Source: an uncultured Actinomycetes bacterium (GTDB lineage: Bacteria; Actinomycetota; UBA4738; JBBDTT01). From it: a stretch of 64,000 nucleotides of DNA. Below the pieces are notes generated by a model that was not told where the DNA came from, searched no databases, and saw only the letters and a list, made by a program, of their open reading frames with translations. Position numbers and translations under genes: made by a program. The stretch lies in assembly GCA_963742735.1 (NCBI GenBank), contig CAVUMN010000004.1, positions 1,056,001 to 1,120,000 of the forward strand. The letters run 5' to 3'. This document shows, one piece after another, positions 38,354 through 49,043 of the stretch (positions are counted from its first letter, which is position 1; each line of letters begins with the position of its first letter).

Positions 38354-40996
38354 ATGGACGCGGGAACCATGCGCACCGATCTCCCCACCGGGACCGTCAC
38401 CTTCCTGTTCACCGACATCGAGGGCTCGACCAAGCTGGTCCAGCGCCTGGGGAGCGAGTTCAGGACGGTCCTCGAGCAGCACCACCGGATCCTGCGCGAG
38501 GCCATCCGCGACGCGGGAGGGCTGGACCTGCGAACCGAGGGTGACGCGTTCTTCGCGGTGTTCACCACCGCCGACGCGGCGATCGCCGCGTGCGTGGCCG
38601 CCCAGCGGGCGCTCACGGGGCAGGCGTGGCCGGAGGGAGCCGAGGTCCGCGTCCGGATGGGGGCGCACACGGGCGAAGGCGTCCTGGGCGGCGACGACTA
38701 CGTGGGCCTGGACGTGCACCGCGCGGCCCGGATCGCCTCGACCGGCCACGGGGGGCAGATCGTGATCTCCGCGACGACGGCCGCGCTCGGCGCGTCGCTG
38801 GCGCCCGGCGTGGCCCTTCGCGATCTCGGCTCGCACCGGCTGAAGGACCTCCCTGACCCCGAGCACCTCCGGCAGGTCGTCGTCCCCGGGCTGGCGGCGG
38901 ACTTCCCGCCACTGCGGACCCTGCTCGCGGCGGCCACGCTGCCCTCGTTCCCGACGAGCTTCGTGGGCCGGCTCGAGGCATCCGCCGCGCTCCGGGACCA
39001 CCTGACGACGGCCCGCCTGGTGACCCTGACGGGCCCGGGGGGGACGGGGAAGACGCGCCTGGCGGTCGAGGTCGCCCGTGAGGTCGGGGAACGGTATCCG
39101 GACGGCGTCAGCTTCGTCGATCTGGCCCCGATCACCGACGCCGCCTTGGTCGGCCCGGAGATCGCCTCGGCGCTCGGCGTAGAGGTTCCGGCGGGGACGG
39201 CCCCCGTCCAGGCGGTCGTGGAGGCGCTCGGCACCCGAGCGGTGCTGTTGCTGCTGGACAACTTCGAGCAGGTCGTGGCCGCCGCGCCCGACGTCTCGGC
39301 GCTGCTCGGCGGGGCGCCGGCCACCGGGGTGGTGGTGACGAGCCGGGAGCCACTGGGGATCCGCGGCGAGCAGGTCCTCCCGCTCTCTCCGCTGGGCCTC
39401 GGGGAGGCGGACGGGGAGGCGGTCGAGCTCTTCGTCGAGCGGGCGCGGTCGATGGACCCGTCCTTCGAGCTCGACGAGCGGTCGGCGGAGGTGGTGGCGC
39501 GCATCTGTGCCCGTCTGGACGGGATGCCGCTGGCCATCGAGCTCGCGGCAGGGCGGATCCGGACGCTGTCCCCGGAGGAGATCCTGGCCCGGCTCGATCA
39601 TTCGCTCCCGCTGCTCACCGGGGGGCCCCGCGACGCCCCCGTCCGCCAGCGGACGCTTCGGGCCACGATCGAGTGGAGCCACGATCTGCTCGAGGACGCC
39701 GAGCGCGCGATGTTCCGGCGCCTGGCGGCCTTCGCCGGGGGGTGGACGCTCGACGCGGCGCAGGCCGTCGCCGACCCCGAGGGCGAGCTCGGCGATCCGC
39801 TCGACCTCCTGGCGTCGCTCGTCCAGAAGAGCGTGGTCCGCCGGGAGCGGGGGGGCCCGGAGGGGCGGTTCGGCATGTACGAGACGATCCGCGAGCTCGC
39901 CCTCGAGCGGCTGGAGGCCTCCGGCGAGATCGCCGACGTGCAGCGCCGCCACGCCGAATGGGCGGCGGCGCTCGCGGAGCGCGCCCAACGTCCCCTGATC
40001 GGCCCCGATCGCCGGTGGTGGAAGGAGCAGCTCGCGCAGGAGCTCGACAACCTGCGTGCGGCGCTCGAGTGGTCCGTGCGGGTCGACGAGGCCGGGCCCG
40101 GCCTGCGGATCGCCGCCTCGTCCTGGCGGTTCTGGCACGCCTACGGCGCCCTGACCGAGGCCCGCCGGCGGTTCGCGGACGTCCTCGCGCTGCCCTCCGC
40201 GCGGGACGCCGGAGCGCTGCGGGCGCGGGCCCTCGCCGCGATGGGTGGTCTGGCGTACTGGCAGAGCGATCACCAGGCGACGCAGTCCGCCTACGCCGAA
40301 GCGCTGGCCATCGCGCGGACCGCCGGGGACCGCAAGCTCGAGGCCGACGCGCTGGTCGACGCGTTCTTCGGCTTCGACGCGATGGGGGACCACGAAACCT
40401 CACAGAAGCTCGCCGACGAGGCCCGGGGCATCTACGAGGAGCTCGGGGACGAGCTCGGGCTGGCCTATCTGCTGCTCCACGACGCGTTCATGGCCGTGTG
40501 GCAGGGGGACCTGGTTGGCGGCGGAGCCATCGCGGCACGGGCCACACCCGCACTTCGCGGGGCCGAGGACGAGCTCATGCTCGTCGAGGTCCTGCAGATC
40601 GAGGGGGCTGCGTCCGTGCGCGATGGTGACGTGCCGAGGGCACAGGCGCGCCTCTCCGAGTCGCTCGAGCTGCACCTACGCGCGATGGACCTCACCCACC
40701 TGGCGATGACCCTGCAGCTCTCGGGGATCGTCGCGGCGGCCCTCGGCCGGCTCGAGGACTGTTCCCGGATGATCGGCGCGTCGGAGGGCCTGGTGCGCAA
40801 GCTCGGCGTGACGCTGCCGACGGGATTCTCGGACCTCTTGCTCGCGACGTCCGTGGCGCCGGCCGTGGAGAAGCTGGGCCGGGCCGGGCACGACGCCCTT
40901 CGGTCCGAGGGCGCGGCGCGGTCGCTCGACCAGGCCATCGCCCTGGCCCGCGACATCCTGAGCGACCCCTCGCGCCAGAGCAAGGTCGCGCGGTGA
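38354..40996 (+). CDS. Class III cyclase + NB-ARC/STAND ATPase + TPR protein (copy 1)
   Basis: 'LPTGTVTFLFTDIEGST', 'EGDAFF', 'VHRAAR', Walker A GPGGTGKT, 'LDNFEQ', 'LDGMPLAIELAA'. Start may be ATG 38369. Confidence 0.93.
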   Translation: MDAGTMRTDLPTGTVTFLFTDIEGSTKLVQRLGSEFRTVLEQHHRILREAIRDAGGLDLRTEGDAFFAVFTTADAAIAACVAAQRALTGQAWPEGAEVRVRMGAHTGEGVLGGDDYVGLDVHRAARIASTGHGGQIVISATTAALGASLAPGVALRDLGSHRLKDLPDPEHLRQVVVPGLAADFPPLRTLLAAATLPSFPTSFVGRLEASAALRDHLTTARLVTLTGPGGTGKTRLAVEVAREVGERYPDGVSFVDLAPITDAALVGPEIASALGVEVPAGTAPVQAVVEALGTRAVLLLLDNFEQVVAAAPDVSALLGGAPATGVVVTSREPLGIRGEQVLPLSPLGLGEADGEAVELFVERARSMDPSFELDERSAEVVARICARLDGMPLAIELAAGRIRTLSPEEILARLDHSLPLLTGGPRDAPVRQRTLRATIEWSHDLLEDAERAMFRRLAAFAGGWTLDAAQAVADPEGELGDPLDLLASLVQKSVVRRERGGPEGRFGMYETIRELALERLEASGEIADVQRRHAEWAAALAERAQRPLIGPDRRWWKEQLAQELDNLRAALEWSVRVDEAGPGLRIAASSWRFWHAYGALTEARRRFADVLALPSARDAGALRARALAAMGGLAYWQSDHQATQSAYAEALAIARTAGDRKLEADALVDAFFGFDAMGDHETSQKLADEARGIYEELGDELGLAYLLLHDAFMAVWQGDLVGGGAIAARATPALRGAEDELMLVEVLQIEGAASVRDGDVPRAQARLSESLELHLRAMDLTHLAMTLQLSGIVAAALGRLEDCSRMIGASEGLVRKLGVTLPTGFSDLLLATSVAPAVEKLGRAGHDALRSEGAARSLDQAIALARDILSDPSRQSKVAR

Positions 40997-43599
40997 ACGC
41001 GGCGGCGACCCCCCGGAGCGCGCTGCCCACCGGCACCGTCACCTTCCTGTTCACCGACATCGAGGGCTCGACCAAGCTCGTCCAGCGCCTGGGCAGCGAG
41101 TTCCGGACGGTCCTCGAGCAGCACAACCGGATCCTGCGCGACGCGATCCACGGCGCGGGCGGCGTCGACCGGGGGAGCGAGGGCGACGCCATCTTTGCCG
41201 TGTTCACGACGGCCGACGCGGCGGTCGCCGCGGCCGTCGGCGCCCAGCGTGGGCTTGCGGAGCACGGGTGGCCGGAGGGCGTGACGGTCCGGGTGAGGAT
41301 GGGGCTGCACACCGGCGAGGGGATTCCCGGCGGCGACGACTACGTGGGCATGGACGTGCATCGCGCCGCGCGCATCGCCGCGGCCGGCCACGGCGGGCAG
41401 ATCGTGGTGTCACGGACCACCGCCGCGCTGGCGGAGAGCTCGCTGCCGGAGGGCGTCACGCTCCGGGAGCTTGGGGCGTTCCGGCTGAAGGACCTCCCGG
41501 ACTCGGAGCGGTTGAGCCAGGTGGTGGTGCCCGGCCTGCCCCAGGACTTCCCGCCGCTGCGCTCGCTCGACGTGGCGACCAACCTGCCCGCGTTCCCGAC
41601 GGCGTTCGTCGGCCGCCACGACGACCTGAGCGCGCTGCGGGAGCGCCTGGAGGGAGCCCGGCTGGTGACCATCACCGGCCCGGGCGGCACGGGCAAGACC
41701 CGGCTGGCCGTCGAGGCGGCGGCGGCCGAACGCGATCGGTACACCGACGGCGTCACCTTCGTGGACCTCTCGGCGACCACCGAGCCGGCGCTCGTGTGCC
41801 ACGACATCGCGCAGGCGCTCGGGCTGCGACCGCAGGGGCGGGACCCGGTGTGGGGCGCGATCACCGAGCGCCTTCGAGATCACACCGCCCTGCTGATCCT
41901 GGACAACTTCGAGCAGGTCCTGGAGGCGGCTCCCGAGGTCGGCGGGCTGCTCTCCGGCGCCCCCGCCCTCACCGTTCTGGCCACAAGCCGCGAGGCCCTC
42001 GGGATCCGCGGCGAGCACCTCTACCCGCTGTCCCCGCTCGGCCTCCGGGAGGGCGGGGCGCCCTCCGACGCGGTGATGCTGTTCGTCGACCGGGCCCGGG
42101 CCATGGACCCCGCCTTCGAGCCCGACGAGGACACGCTCGTCACCGTCGCCGAGATCTGCGCGCGGCTCGACGGCATGCCGCTGGCGATCGAGCTGGCCGC
42201 CAGCCGTCTGCGGGCGATCTCGGTGGCGGAGCTCCTCTCGCGTCTCGACCGCCGGCTCCCGCTGCTGACCACGGGACCCCGAGACGCGCCCGACCGCCAG
42301 CGGACCCTGCGCGGCGCGATCGAGTGGAGCCACGACCTGTTGGAGGAGCCGGAGCGGGTGCTGTTCCGGCGGTGCGGGGTGTTCGCCGGCGGGTGGATCC
42401 TGTGGGTCCTCAACTCCATCGTCGATCCCGAGGGCGAGCTCGGCGACCTGCTGGACCTCACCGCGTCGCTCGTTCAGAAGAGCCTGGTGCGGCGAGATCC
42501 CGGCTCGGAGCGGTACTCGATGTACGAGACCATCCGCGAGTTCGCGCTGGAGAAGCTGGAGGAGGCCGGCGAGCTCGCGGAGGTCCGCGAGCGCATGGCC
42601 CACCAGGTCGTGTTGCTGGTCGAGGACGCCGAGCCGCATCTCATCGGCGAGGACCGGCGGGAATGGATCGAACGGCTGGGAGAGAACCACGACAACGTCC
42701 GCGCCGGGCTGGAGTGGTCGATCGAGCTGGACCAGGCCGAGGTCGGCCTGCGGATCGTGGCGGCCGTGTGGCGGTTCTGGCAGTACCGCGGCCACCTCGC
42801 GGAGGGCCGCCGATGGGCCGAGCAGGTTCTCGCGCTCCCGTCCGCCCAGGACCGGACGCGCCCCCGGGCCCGGGCCCTGCTCGCCGCCCTGGGGATCGTC
42901 TACTGGCAGGGCGACTACGACCCCATGGAGCCCTACTGCGAGGAGGCGCTGGACATCGCCCGCGAGCTCGACGACGAGTGGCTCGTCGGCGAGGCCCTCT
43001 ACAACCTGAGCTTCGTGGCCCAGATGGTGCGGGGCGACTGGGAGGCCTGCGCGCGCCTGCTGGATGAGGCCGAGGTGCACTTCACCGCCGTCGGCGACCG
43101 GGCCGCGCTGGGGCGGATCGCCATGGCCCGCTCGTTCATGGGGAACACCCGGCAGGAGTACGCGAGCACGCGCGTGTACGCGGAGCAGGCCTTGGAGTAC
43201 CTGCGGGAGACCGGCGACCAGGAGACGTACCAGCAGGCCCTGGGCAGCGTGGCCCTCGCGAACATGGAGCTCGGGGACTACGACTCCGCGTTGGACGGCA
43301 TGCGGCAGCTCCTGCGAAGGAACCTGGACTCGATGAACACCACCGGGTTCCTGATGGGCTTCTACTTCCTGTCCACGCTGGCCAACGCCCAGGGCCAGTT
43401 CGAGCGATCGGCCCGGCTGTGGGGGGCCGCGGAAGGGCTCGAGCAGCGGCTGCAGGCGCAGGTGCCCCGGACGCTGTTCAGCTATTACTCGGGGCCGAAG
43501 GAGGAGAGCCTGCCGCCGGGCGCCGTCGAGGGCCTCAAGGCCGAGGGTCGGGCGATGAGCCTCGAGGAGGCCATCGACTACGCCCAGTCGGAGGACTGA
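40993..43599 (+). CDS. Class III cyclase + NB-ARC/STAND ATPase + TPR protein (copy 2)
   Basis: Same motifs as copy 1; GTGA overlap; near-identical N-terminus, divergent TPRs. Confidence 0.93.
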   Translation: MNAAATPRSALPTGTVTFLFTDIEGSTKLVQRLGSEFRTVLEQHNRILRDAIHGAGGVDRGSEGDAIFAVFTTADAAVAAAVGAQRGLAEHGWPEGVTVRVRMGLHTGEGIPGGDDYVGMDVHRAARIAAAGHGGQIVVSRTTAALAESSLPEGVTLRELGAFRLKDLPDSERLSQVVVPGLPQDFPPLRSLDVATNLPAFPTAFVGRHDDLSALRERLEGARLVTITGPGGTGKTRLAVEAAAAERDRYTDGVTFVDLSATTEPALVCHDIAQALGLRPQGRDPVWGAITERLRDHTALLILDNFEQVLEAAPEVGGLLSGAPALTVLATSREALGIRGEHLYPLSPLGLREGGAPSDAVMLFVDRARAMDPAFEPDEDTLVTVAEICARLDGMPLAIELAASRLRAISVAELLSRLDRRLPLLTTGPRDAPDRQRTLRGAIEWSHDLLEEPERVLFRRCGVFAGGWILWVLNSIVDPEGELGDLLDLTASLVQKSLVRRDPGSERYSMYETIREFALEKLEEAGELAEVRERMAHQVVLLVEDAEPHLIGEDRREWIERLGENHDNVRAGLEWSIELDQAEVGLRIVAAVWRFWQYRGHLAEGRRWAEQVLALPSAQDRTRPRARALLAALGIVYWQGDYDPMEPYCEEALDIARELDDEWLVGEALYNLSFVAQMVRGDWEACARLLDEAEVHFTAVGDRAALGRIAMARSFMGNTRQEYASTRVYAEQALEYLRETGDQETYQQALGSVALANMELGDYDSALDGMRQLLRRNLDSMNTTGFLMGFYFLSTLANAQGQFERSARLWGAAEGLEQRLQAQVPRTLFSYYSGPKEESLPPGAVEGLKAEGRAMSLEEAIDYAQSED

Positions 43600-43606
43600 G
43601 CCGGCG

Positions 43607-46324
43607 GTGCGCCGCGTCCTGTCGCTGCTGAAGGTCCGTCCCGGGGAGGGACGGCTGGTCGGGCGCCTGCTCGCCCTGATGGTCGTGCTGTGGTCGGCGT
43701 TCGCGGTCGGCGGGTACGGCGTCGAGTCGCTGCTCCTGGCCCGCGTCGGCGCGGACACCCTGCCGCTCATGTACATGGCGCTCGGCGCGGTGACGTTCGC
43801 GTTCCTGGCCGGGGCCGGGAGGATCGCCCGGGCCGACCCGCGGCGGGCGGTCCCGGTGACGTACCTGGGCATGGCCGTGGCGATCGCGGCCTCGCGGCCG
43901 CTGCTCTCGTGGGACCCGTGGGGGTACCGGATCTCGTGGCTCGGGATGATGATCCTGTGGACGCTGGCCGGGCAGCTGTCCTGGTCGCTGGCCGCGGCAC
44001 TGCACGACACCCGGCAGGCCAAGCGGCTGTTCCCTCTCTACGGCGCGGGGCTCGTGGTCGGGCTGGTGATCGGGGGGTTCCTCACCGGGCCGCTCGCGTC
44101 GCTGCTCGGGGCCGAGCAGCTGGTCTTCGTGTGGGCGGGGGGGGCCGCGGTCGCCGGGGTGATGGCGCGGTGGGCGCAGGCCGCGGGACGTCCGGCCGCC
44201 GCCGCCGCGACCGGATCCGGTGATGCGTCGTCCGGGTTCGCCCAGGGGGCCTCCTCGGTGACCCACTCGTCCCTGCTCCGTTGGATGGCCGTGTCGCTGG
44301 CCCTGTTCGCACTGCTGCTGTTCATGTCCACCTTCCTGTTCGCTCGCGCCGCGACGGCGCGCTACCCCGACCCGGAGCGGCTCGCCGGGTTCCTCGGGGC
44401 GTTCAGCGGCGCGGCGACGGGCCTCGCGCTGCTGGTCTCGCTCGTCGTGGCCAACCGGCTGTACGCGCGGATCGGCACGGTCAACGCGGTGCTGGCCCTC
44501 GCGGCGCTGTGCCTGATCGGGTTCGGCGGGCTGGTGGTGACCTCATCGTTCGTCGTGGTGGCGGTGTTCCGGTTCTCCCAGATCGTGTGGGTGAACGGGG
44601 TGTGGGCGCCCGGGTGGCAGTCGCTGTTCAACGTGGTCCCGGCGGGACGGCGGCCCGCGGTTCGGGCGTTCATGGACGCGGTGCCGCTGCAGGCCGGGAC
44701 CGCGGCGGCGGGCGGGATCCTGCTCGTGGCGGAGCAGGCGCTGTCGGCGCGGGCCCTGGCCGGGCTCGGAGCGGCCGTGGCCGCGGCGGCCGTGGTGGCG
44801 ATGGTCCGGGCCCGGTCTGCCTACGTCCTCGCTTTGGCCGATGCCCTTCGCGAGGGCAACCCCGAGGTGTTCGGGGGCGTCAACGACCGCCAGGCGCAGG
44901 CGGCGCTGCGGGCCGCGCTCGACGATCCCCAGGCCGATATCCGCCGGCTGGCGGTGGGCGCGATGGCGGGGGAGGGTGGCGACGAGGGTGTGGAGCTGGT
45001 GCGGGCGCGGCTCGCCGATGCCGACGCCGGCGTGCGCCGGGAGGCCCTCGCCGCGGTGGTTCGGGATCCGCGGCAGGGCGACGCCGAGCGGGTTGCGGCG
45101 CTGCGCGACGACCCGGACGAGGGCCTCCGCGACGAGGCGGCCCGGGCCGCAGCGGAGCTCGGGTGGGACCAGGCCGAGTCCCTGCGGGCCCTCGGGTCGG
45201 ACGACCCCGACGTGCGGGCCTCCGCCGTACGTGCGCTGGTGCGCCTCGGAGAAGCGGCCGTCCCGGCGCTGCTCGAGGCCCTGGACGACGCCAACCTGGA
45301 GGCCGCCGCGCTGGAGGTCCTCGCCCGCTCGCTCCCGTGGGCCGACCCGGATCCCCTGCTGCCGTACGCCCGCGAACGGGCCCGGGCGGCGGCACGGTTC
45401 GCGGCCCTGGCCCGCGCCGTGGACGGCGACGGCGCCGGCGACGCAACGCTGCTGGGGGCCGCGCTCGAGCGGCGTTCGCGCGACCGGCTGCGGATGTCGC
45501 TGCGGGCGATGGGACGGATGCGGCCCGAGATGGCACGCCCGGCCCTCGACAACCTGTGGAGCGCGGACCTCGACCAGCGGGCCAACGCCATCGAGATCGT
45601 GGACGCGGCCGGCCACAAGGAGGTCGCGCGGCTCCTGGTGGGGATGTGGGAGTCGGGCGATGCGCCCGGCGACACCGGCGTTGCCCTCGCGGAGCTCCTG
45701 GCCGACCCGGACCCGTGGCTCCGGGCGAGCGCCGCATTCGCGGTGGCCGGCTCGCCTATCGCCGAGCGGCTCGCGCCGAACCTGCGCCGTGTGGCAGGCT
45801 CGGACGACGAGGCCTTCGTCCGGGAGGCCGCGGCGCGCGCGCTCGAGGGAGGTGCGAACCAGGTGGAGACGCTCGGGACGCTCTCGGTCATGGACCGGGC
45901 GCTGGTGCTGTGTCGCGTCCCGATGTTCGCGGAGCTCGACGGGGCGGACCTTCGCCAGGTGGCCGAGGCCGCGACGGAGCACGCCTTCGAGGACGGCGAC
46001 GTCCTGGCCCGCGAGGGCGAGGCGGGCGACGACATGCACATCGTGGTCTCCGGCGAGGTCGCGGTGATGGTGGACGGGACCGGCGCCCAGCGCGAGGTGG
46101 CCGTGCGCCATGCCGGCGAGCCGATCGGGGAGCTCGCCCTGCTCGGCGAGGACCGGCGGATGGCGACGCTGGTGGCGCGCGGGGCGGTGCGAACCCTGGG
46201 GCTCGACCGGCGACGGTTCGAGCGGATCCTCCGCGAGCGCCCCGAGGTGGCCCTCGCCGTGATCCGGGTGCTGGGCGACCGCCTCCGCGAGTCGGCCCGC
46301 GGGCCGGCCGCGGACGCCTCGTGA
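43607..46324 (+). CDS. MFS/NTT-like membrane transporter + HEAT repeats + cyclic-nucleotide-binding domain
   Basis: About 12 TM helices with 'DTRQAKRLFPL'; HEAT repeats ('D.D..VR..A'); cNMP domain 'REGEAGDDMHIVVSG..GELALL...RMAT'. Confidence 0.88.
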   Translation: MRRVLSLLKVRPGEGRLVGRLLALMVVLWSAFAVGGYGVESLLLARVGADTLPLMYMALGAVTFAFLAGAGRIARADPRRAVPVTYLGMAVAIAASRPLLSWDPWGYRISWLGMMILWTLAGQLSWSLAAALHDTRQAKRLFPLYGAGLVVGLVIGGFLTGPLASLLGAEQLVFVWAGGAAVAGVMARWAQAAGRPAAAAATGSGDASSGFAQGASSVTHSSLLRWMAVSLALFALLLFMSTFLFARAATARYPDPERLAGFLGAFSGAATGLALLVSLVVANRLYARIGTVNAVLALAALCLIGFGGLVVTSSFVVVAVFRFSQIVWVNGVWAPGWQSLFNVVPAGRRPAVRAFMDAVPLQAGTAAAGGILLVAEQALSARALAGLGAAVAAAAVVAMVRARSAYVLALADALREGNPEVFGGVNDRQAQAALRAALDDPQADIRRLAVGAMAGEGGDEGVELVRARLADADAGVRREALAAVVRDPRQGDAERVAALRDDPDEGLRDEAARAAAELGWDQAESLRALGSDDPDVRASAVRALVRLGEAAVPALLEALDDANLEAAALEVLARSLPWADPDPLLPYARERARAAARFAALARAVDGDGAGDATLLGAALERRSRDRLRMSLRAMGRMRPEMARPALDNLWSADLDQRANAIEIVDAAGHKEVARLLVGMWESGDAPGDTGVALAELLADPDPWLRASAAFAVAGSPIAERLAPNLRRVAGSDDEAFVREAAARALEGGANQVETLGTLSVMDRALVLCRVPMFAELDGADLRQVAEAATEHAFEDGDVLAREGEAGDDMHIVVSGEVAVMVDGTGAQREVAVRHAGEPIGELALLGEDRRMATLVARGAVRTLGLDRRRFERILRERPEVALAVIRVLGDRLRESARGPAADAS

Positions 46325-47472
46325 GCTCGAAGGTCGAGCTCGTTCACTACGGACAGGACGCGCCCCTCTACGACCACGGGCCCGAGCACCCCCTTCGGCC
46401 GGCCCGCGTCTTTCTCACCTACAGCCTGATCCATGGCCTCGGGCTCATCGACGGTGAGCGCGCCGTCGAGACCCCGGCCCGCGACGCCACCGACGAGGAG
46501 CTCATGCTCGTCCACTCCGCCCGGTACCTCGACGCCGTGAAGCGCGCGGGCGAGGGAGACCCCGGCCCCTGGTACGAGTTCGGCTTCGGCCCCGGCGACA
46601 ACCCGATCTTCCCGAACATGCACCCCGCGTCCGCCCGCGTGGCCGGCGCGTCGCTCATCGGCGCCCAGGCGGTGCTCTCCGGCCGCGCGGAGCACGCGTT
46701 CAACCCCAGTGGCGGGCTGCACCACGCCATGCCCGAGCGGGCCAGCGGGTTCTGCGTCTACGACGACCCGGCGATCGCCATCGCGTGGATGCTCGCGAAC
46801 GGCGCCGAGCGGATCGCGTACGTCGACGTCGACGTGCACCACGGCGACGGCCCCCAGGCGATCTTTTGGAACGACCCGCGGGTGCTGACCGTCTCGATCC
46901 ACCAGTCGGGGCGGACGCTGTTCCCGGGGACCGGCTTCCCCGACGAGACCGGCGGCCGCGACGCCGAGGGCTCCGCCGCGAACGTCGCGCTCCCGCCGTA
47001 CACGGGCGACGACGCGTGGCTGGACGCGTTCCGCACCGTGGTCCCGCCGCTCGTCCGCAGCTGGAAGCCCGACGTCCTGGTCACCCAACTGGGCTGCGAC
47101 ACGCACTTCACCGACCCGCTGGCGATGCTCGGCCTGTCCACCCGCGCGTACCGCGAGGCGGCGAAGGTCCTCCACGACCTGGCCCACGAGGCCGCCGGCG
47201 GCCGCTGGCTCGCCACCGGCGGCGGCGGGTACCAGTGGGCCCGGGTGGTCCCGCGGGCGTGGACGATCTACTTCGCGGAGATGGCCGACGCTTCGCCCCC
47301 CGACGACCTCCCGGAGTCCTGGATCGAGGAGGCCGAGGCCGAGCAGGGCGGGCCGGTCCCGACCCGACTCTCGGAAACCCCGCCCACGAAACACGGCGAC
47401 GACTCCCTGGCGGAGCGGGCGGCGCGCGATACGGTGGAGGCCGTCTTTCCCCTCCACGACCTGCCCGCCTGA
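46321..47472 (+). CDS. acuC: Acetoin utilization protein / Zn-dependent lysine deacetylase
   Basis: 'HPLRPAR', 'GGLHHA', 'SGFCVY', 'DVDVHHGDG', 'FPGTG', 'GCDTH..DPL', 'GGGGY'. Confidence 0.92.
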   Translation: MSSKVELVHYGQDAPLYDHGPEHPLRPARVFLTYSLIHGLGLIDGERAVETPARDATDEELMLVHSARYLDAVKRAGEGDPGPWYEFGFGPGDNPIFPNMHPASARVAGASLIGAQAVLSGRAEHAFNPSGGLHHAMPERASGFCVYDDPAIAIAWMLANGAERIAYVDVDVHHGDGPQAIFWNDPRVLTVSIHQSGRTLFPGTGFPDETGGRDAEGSAANVALPPYTGDDAWLDAFRTVVPPLVRSWKPDVLVTQLGCDTHFTDPLAMLGLSTRAYREAAKVLHDLAHEAAGGRWLATGGGGYQWARVVPRAWTIYFAEMADASPPDDLPESWIEEAEAEQGGPVPTRLSETPPTKHGDDSLAERAARDTVEAVFPLHDLPA

Positions 47473-47490
47473 AACAGGAGCACGCCGAAA

Positions 47491-48312
47491 ATGAAGGACT
47501 GGCAGAAGGCCAACCTCGAGCTGTGGGACGAGTGGGCGCTCCTCCATGAGAGCTCGGAGTTCTACGACCTGGACGGGTTCAGGAAGGGCGGCTCGACGAT
47601 CCGTCCGTTCGAGCTCGAGGAGGTGGGGGACGTCTCCGGCAAGGAGCTCCTCCACCTGCAGTGCCACTTCGGGATGGACACGCTGTCGTGGGCGCGGCTC
47701 GGCGCGAACGTCACGGGCGTTGACTTCTCGCCGAACGCGATCGAGATCGCCGGCCGCGTCGCGAACGAGCTGGAGCTGCCCGCGCGGTTCGTGCAGTCAC
47801 GCGTCCAGGAGCTGCCGGACAACCTCGACGGGCAGTTCGACATCGTCTACACGAGCCGCGGAGTGATCGGGTGGCTCGACGACCTGACCCGGTGGGCGGA
47901 GGTGATCGCCCACTTCCTCAAGCCCGGCGGGTTCTTCTACATCCACGAGGGACACCCCACGATGTGGGCGTTCGACGACGAACGCGAGGACGCCGAGCTC
48001 CACGTGAAGTACGCGTACTTCGAACGGGACGAGCCGCTGTTCTTCCCGGTGGTCGGCTCGTACGCGGACCCCAAGGCCGAGGTGAAGGCGAACCGCAGCT
48101 TCAGCTGGTTCCACAGCCTGGGCGAGGTGGTGACGGTCCTCGCGGAGGCCGGGCTGCGGATCGAGTGGCTCCACGAGCATCCGTTCCTCAGCTGGCCGGT
48201 CTCGTTCGTGGTGCCTTCGGAGACGGAGGAGCGGACGTGGGTGCTCCACCCCTTGCACGGCGACGCCGAGATCCCCCTGTCGTTCTCGCTGAAGGCGACG
48301 AAGCCGGCGTGA
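47491..48312 (+). CDS. Class I SAM-dependent methyltransferase
   Basis: 'LHLQCHFGMDT', 'GVDFS', 'FDIVY', 'LKPGG'. Confidence 0.9.
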   Translation: MKDWQKANLELWDEWALLHESSEFYDLDGFRKGGSTIRPFELEEVGDVSGKELLHLQCHFGMDTLSWARLGANVTGVDFSPNAIEIAGRVANELELPARFVQSRVQELPDNLDGQFDIVYTSRGVIGWLDDLTRWAEVIAHFLKPGGFFYIHEGHPTMWAFDDEREDAELHVKYAYFERDEPLFFPVVGSYADPKAEVKANRSFSWFHSLGEVVTVLAEAGLRIEWLHEHPFLSWPVSFVVPSETEERTWVLHPLHGDAEIPLSFSLKATKPA

Positions 48313-49043
48313 GCGGGTTCAGGGTCGTCACGCTGGCGGAGAACCCGGACACCTTCGCCCGGCGGGTCCCGCTGCTTCGGCAGGTGTGGCCCGAGTACAA
48401 CATGCACGGCGACGTCCTGAACGCCCGGTGGGGCGAGATCGACGACCGCTACCCGGAGTTCCAGTTCGTGCTCCTGGACGGCGACGGCGCGCTGGCCGGC
48501 CTCGGGAACTGCACGCCGCTTCGCTGGGACGGGACGGCGGAGGACCTCCCGGCCGGTCTGGACGACGCCCTGGACCGCTCGCTCACCGACCCGGGCTCGG
48601 CCACCGCGGCCTGCGCCATGCAGGGGGTCATCGAACCCGGACGACAGGGACGGGGGCTGGCCGCCGAGCCGGTCCGGGCCATGGCGGAGATCGCCCGGGC
48701 CGCCGGGCTCACCGACCTGATCGCGCCGGTCCGGCCGAACTGGAAGGAGCGCTATCCGCTCGCGCCGATGGACCGCTACGCGTTCTGGACGCGCGAGGAC
48801 GGGGAGCCGTTCGACCCGTGGATCCGCGTCCACGTCCGGATGGGGGCCGAGATCCTCAAGCCCGCGCCCGAGTCGGTGCGGATCACCGGCTCGGTCAAGG
48901 AGTGGGAGTCCTGGACGGGGATGACCTTCCCCGAGAGCGGCGACTACGTCTTCCCGCGCGGGCTGGCGCCGGTGCGGATCGACCGCGAGCGCGACACGGG
49001 GGAGTACTGGGAGCCGAACGTGTGGCTTCGGCACCGCCTGTGA
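48309..49043 (+). CDS. GNAT-like acyltransferase
   Basis: 'RQGRGLA' acetyl-CoA loop, 'LIAPVRP', 'DPWIRVH', 'YWEPNVW'; GTGA overlap. Confidence 0.78.
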   Translation: MSGFRVVTLAENPDTFARRVPLLRQVWPEYNMHGDVLNARWGEIDDRYPEFQFVLLDGDGALAGLGNCTPLRWDGTAEDLPAGLDDALDRSLTDPGSATAACAMQGVIEPGRQGRGLAAEPVRAMAEIARAAGLTDLIAPVRPNWKERYPLAPMDRYAFWTREDGEPFDPWIRVHVRMGAEILKPAPESVRITGSVKEWESWTGMTFPESGDYVFPRGLAPVRIDRERDTGEYWEPNVWLRHRL

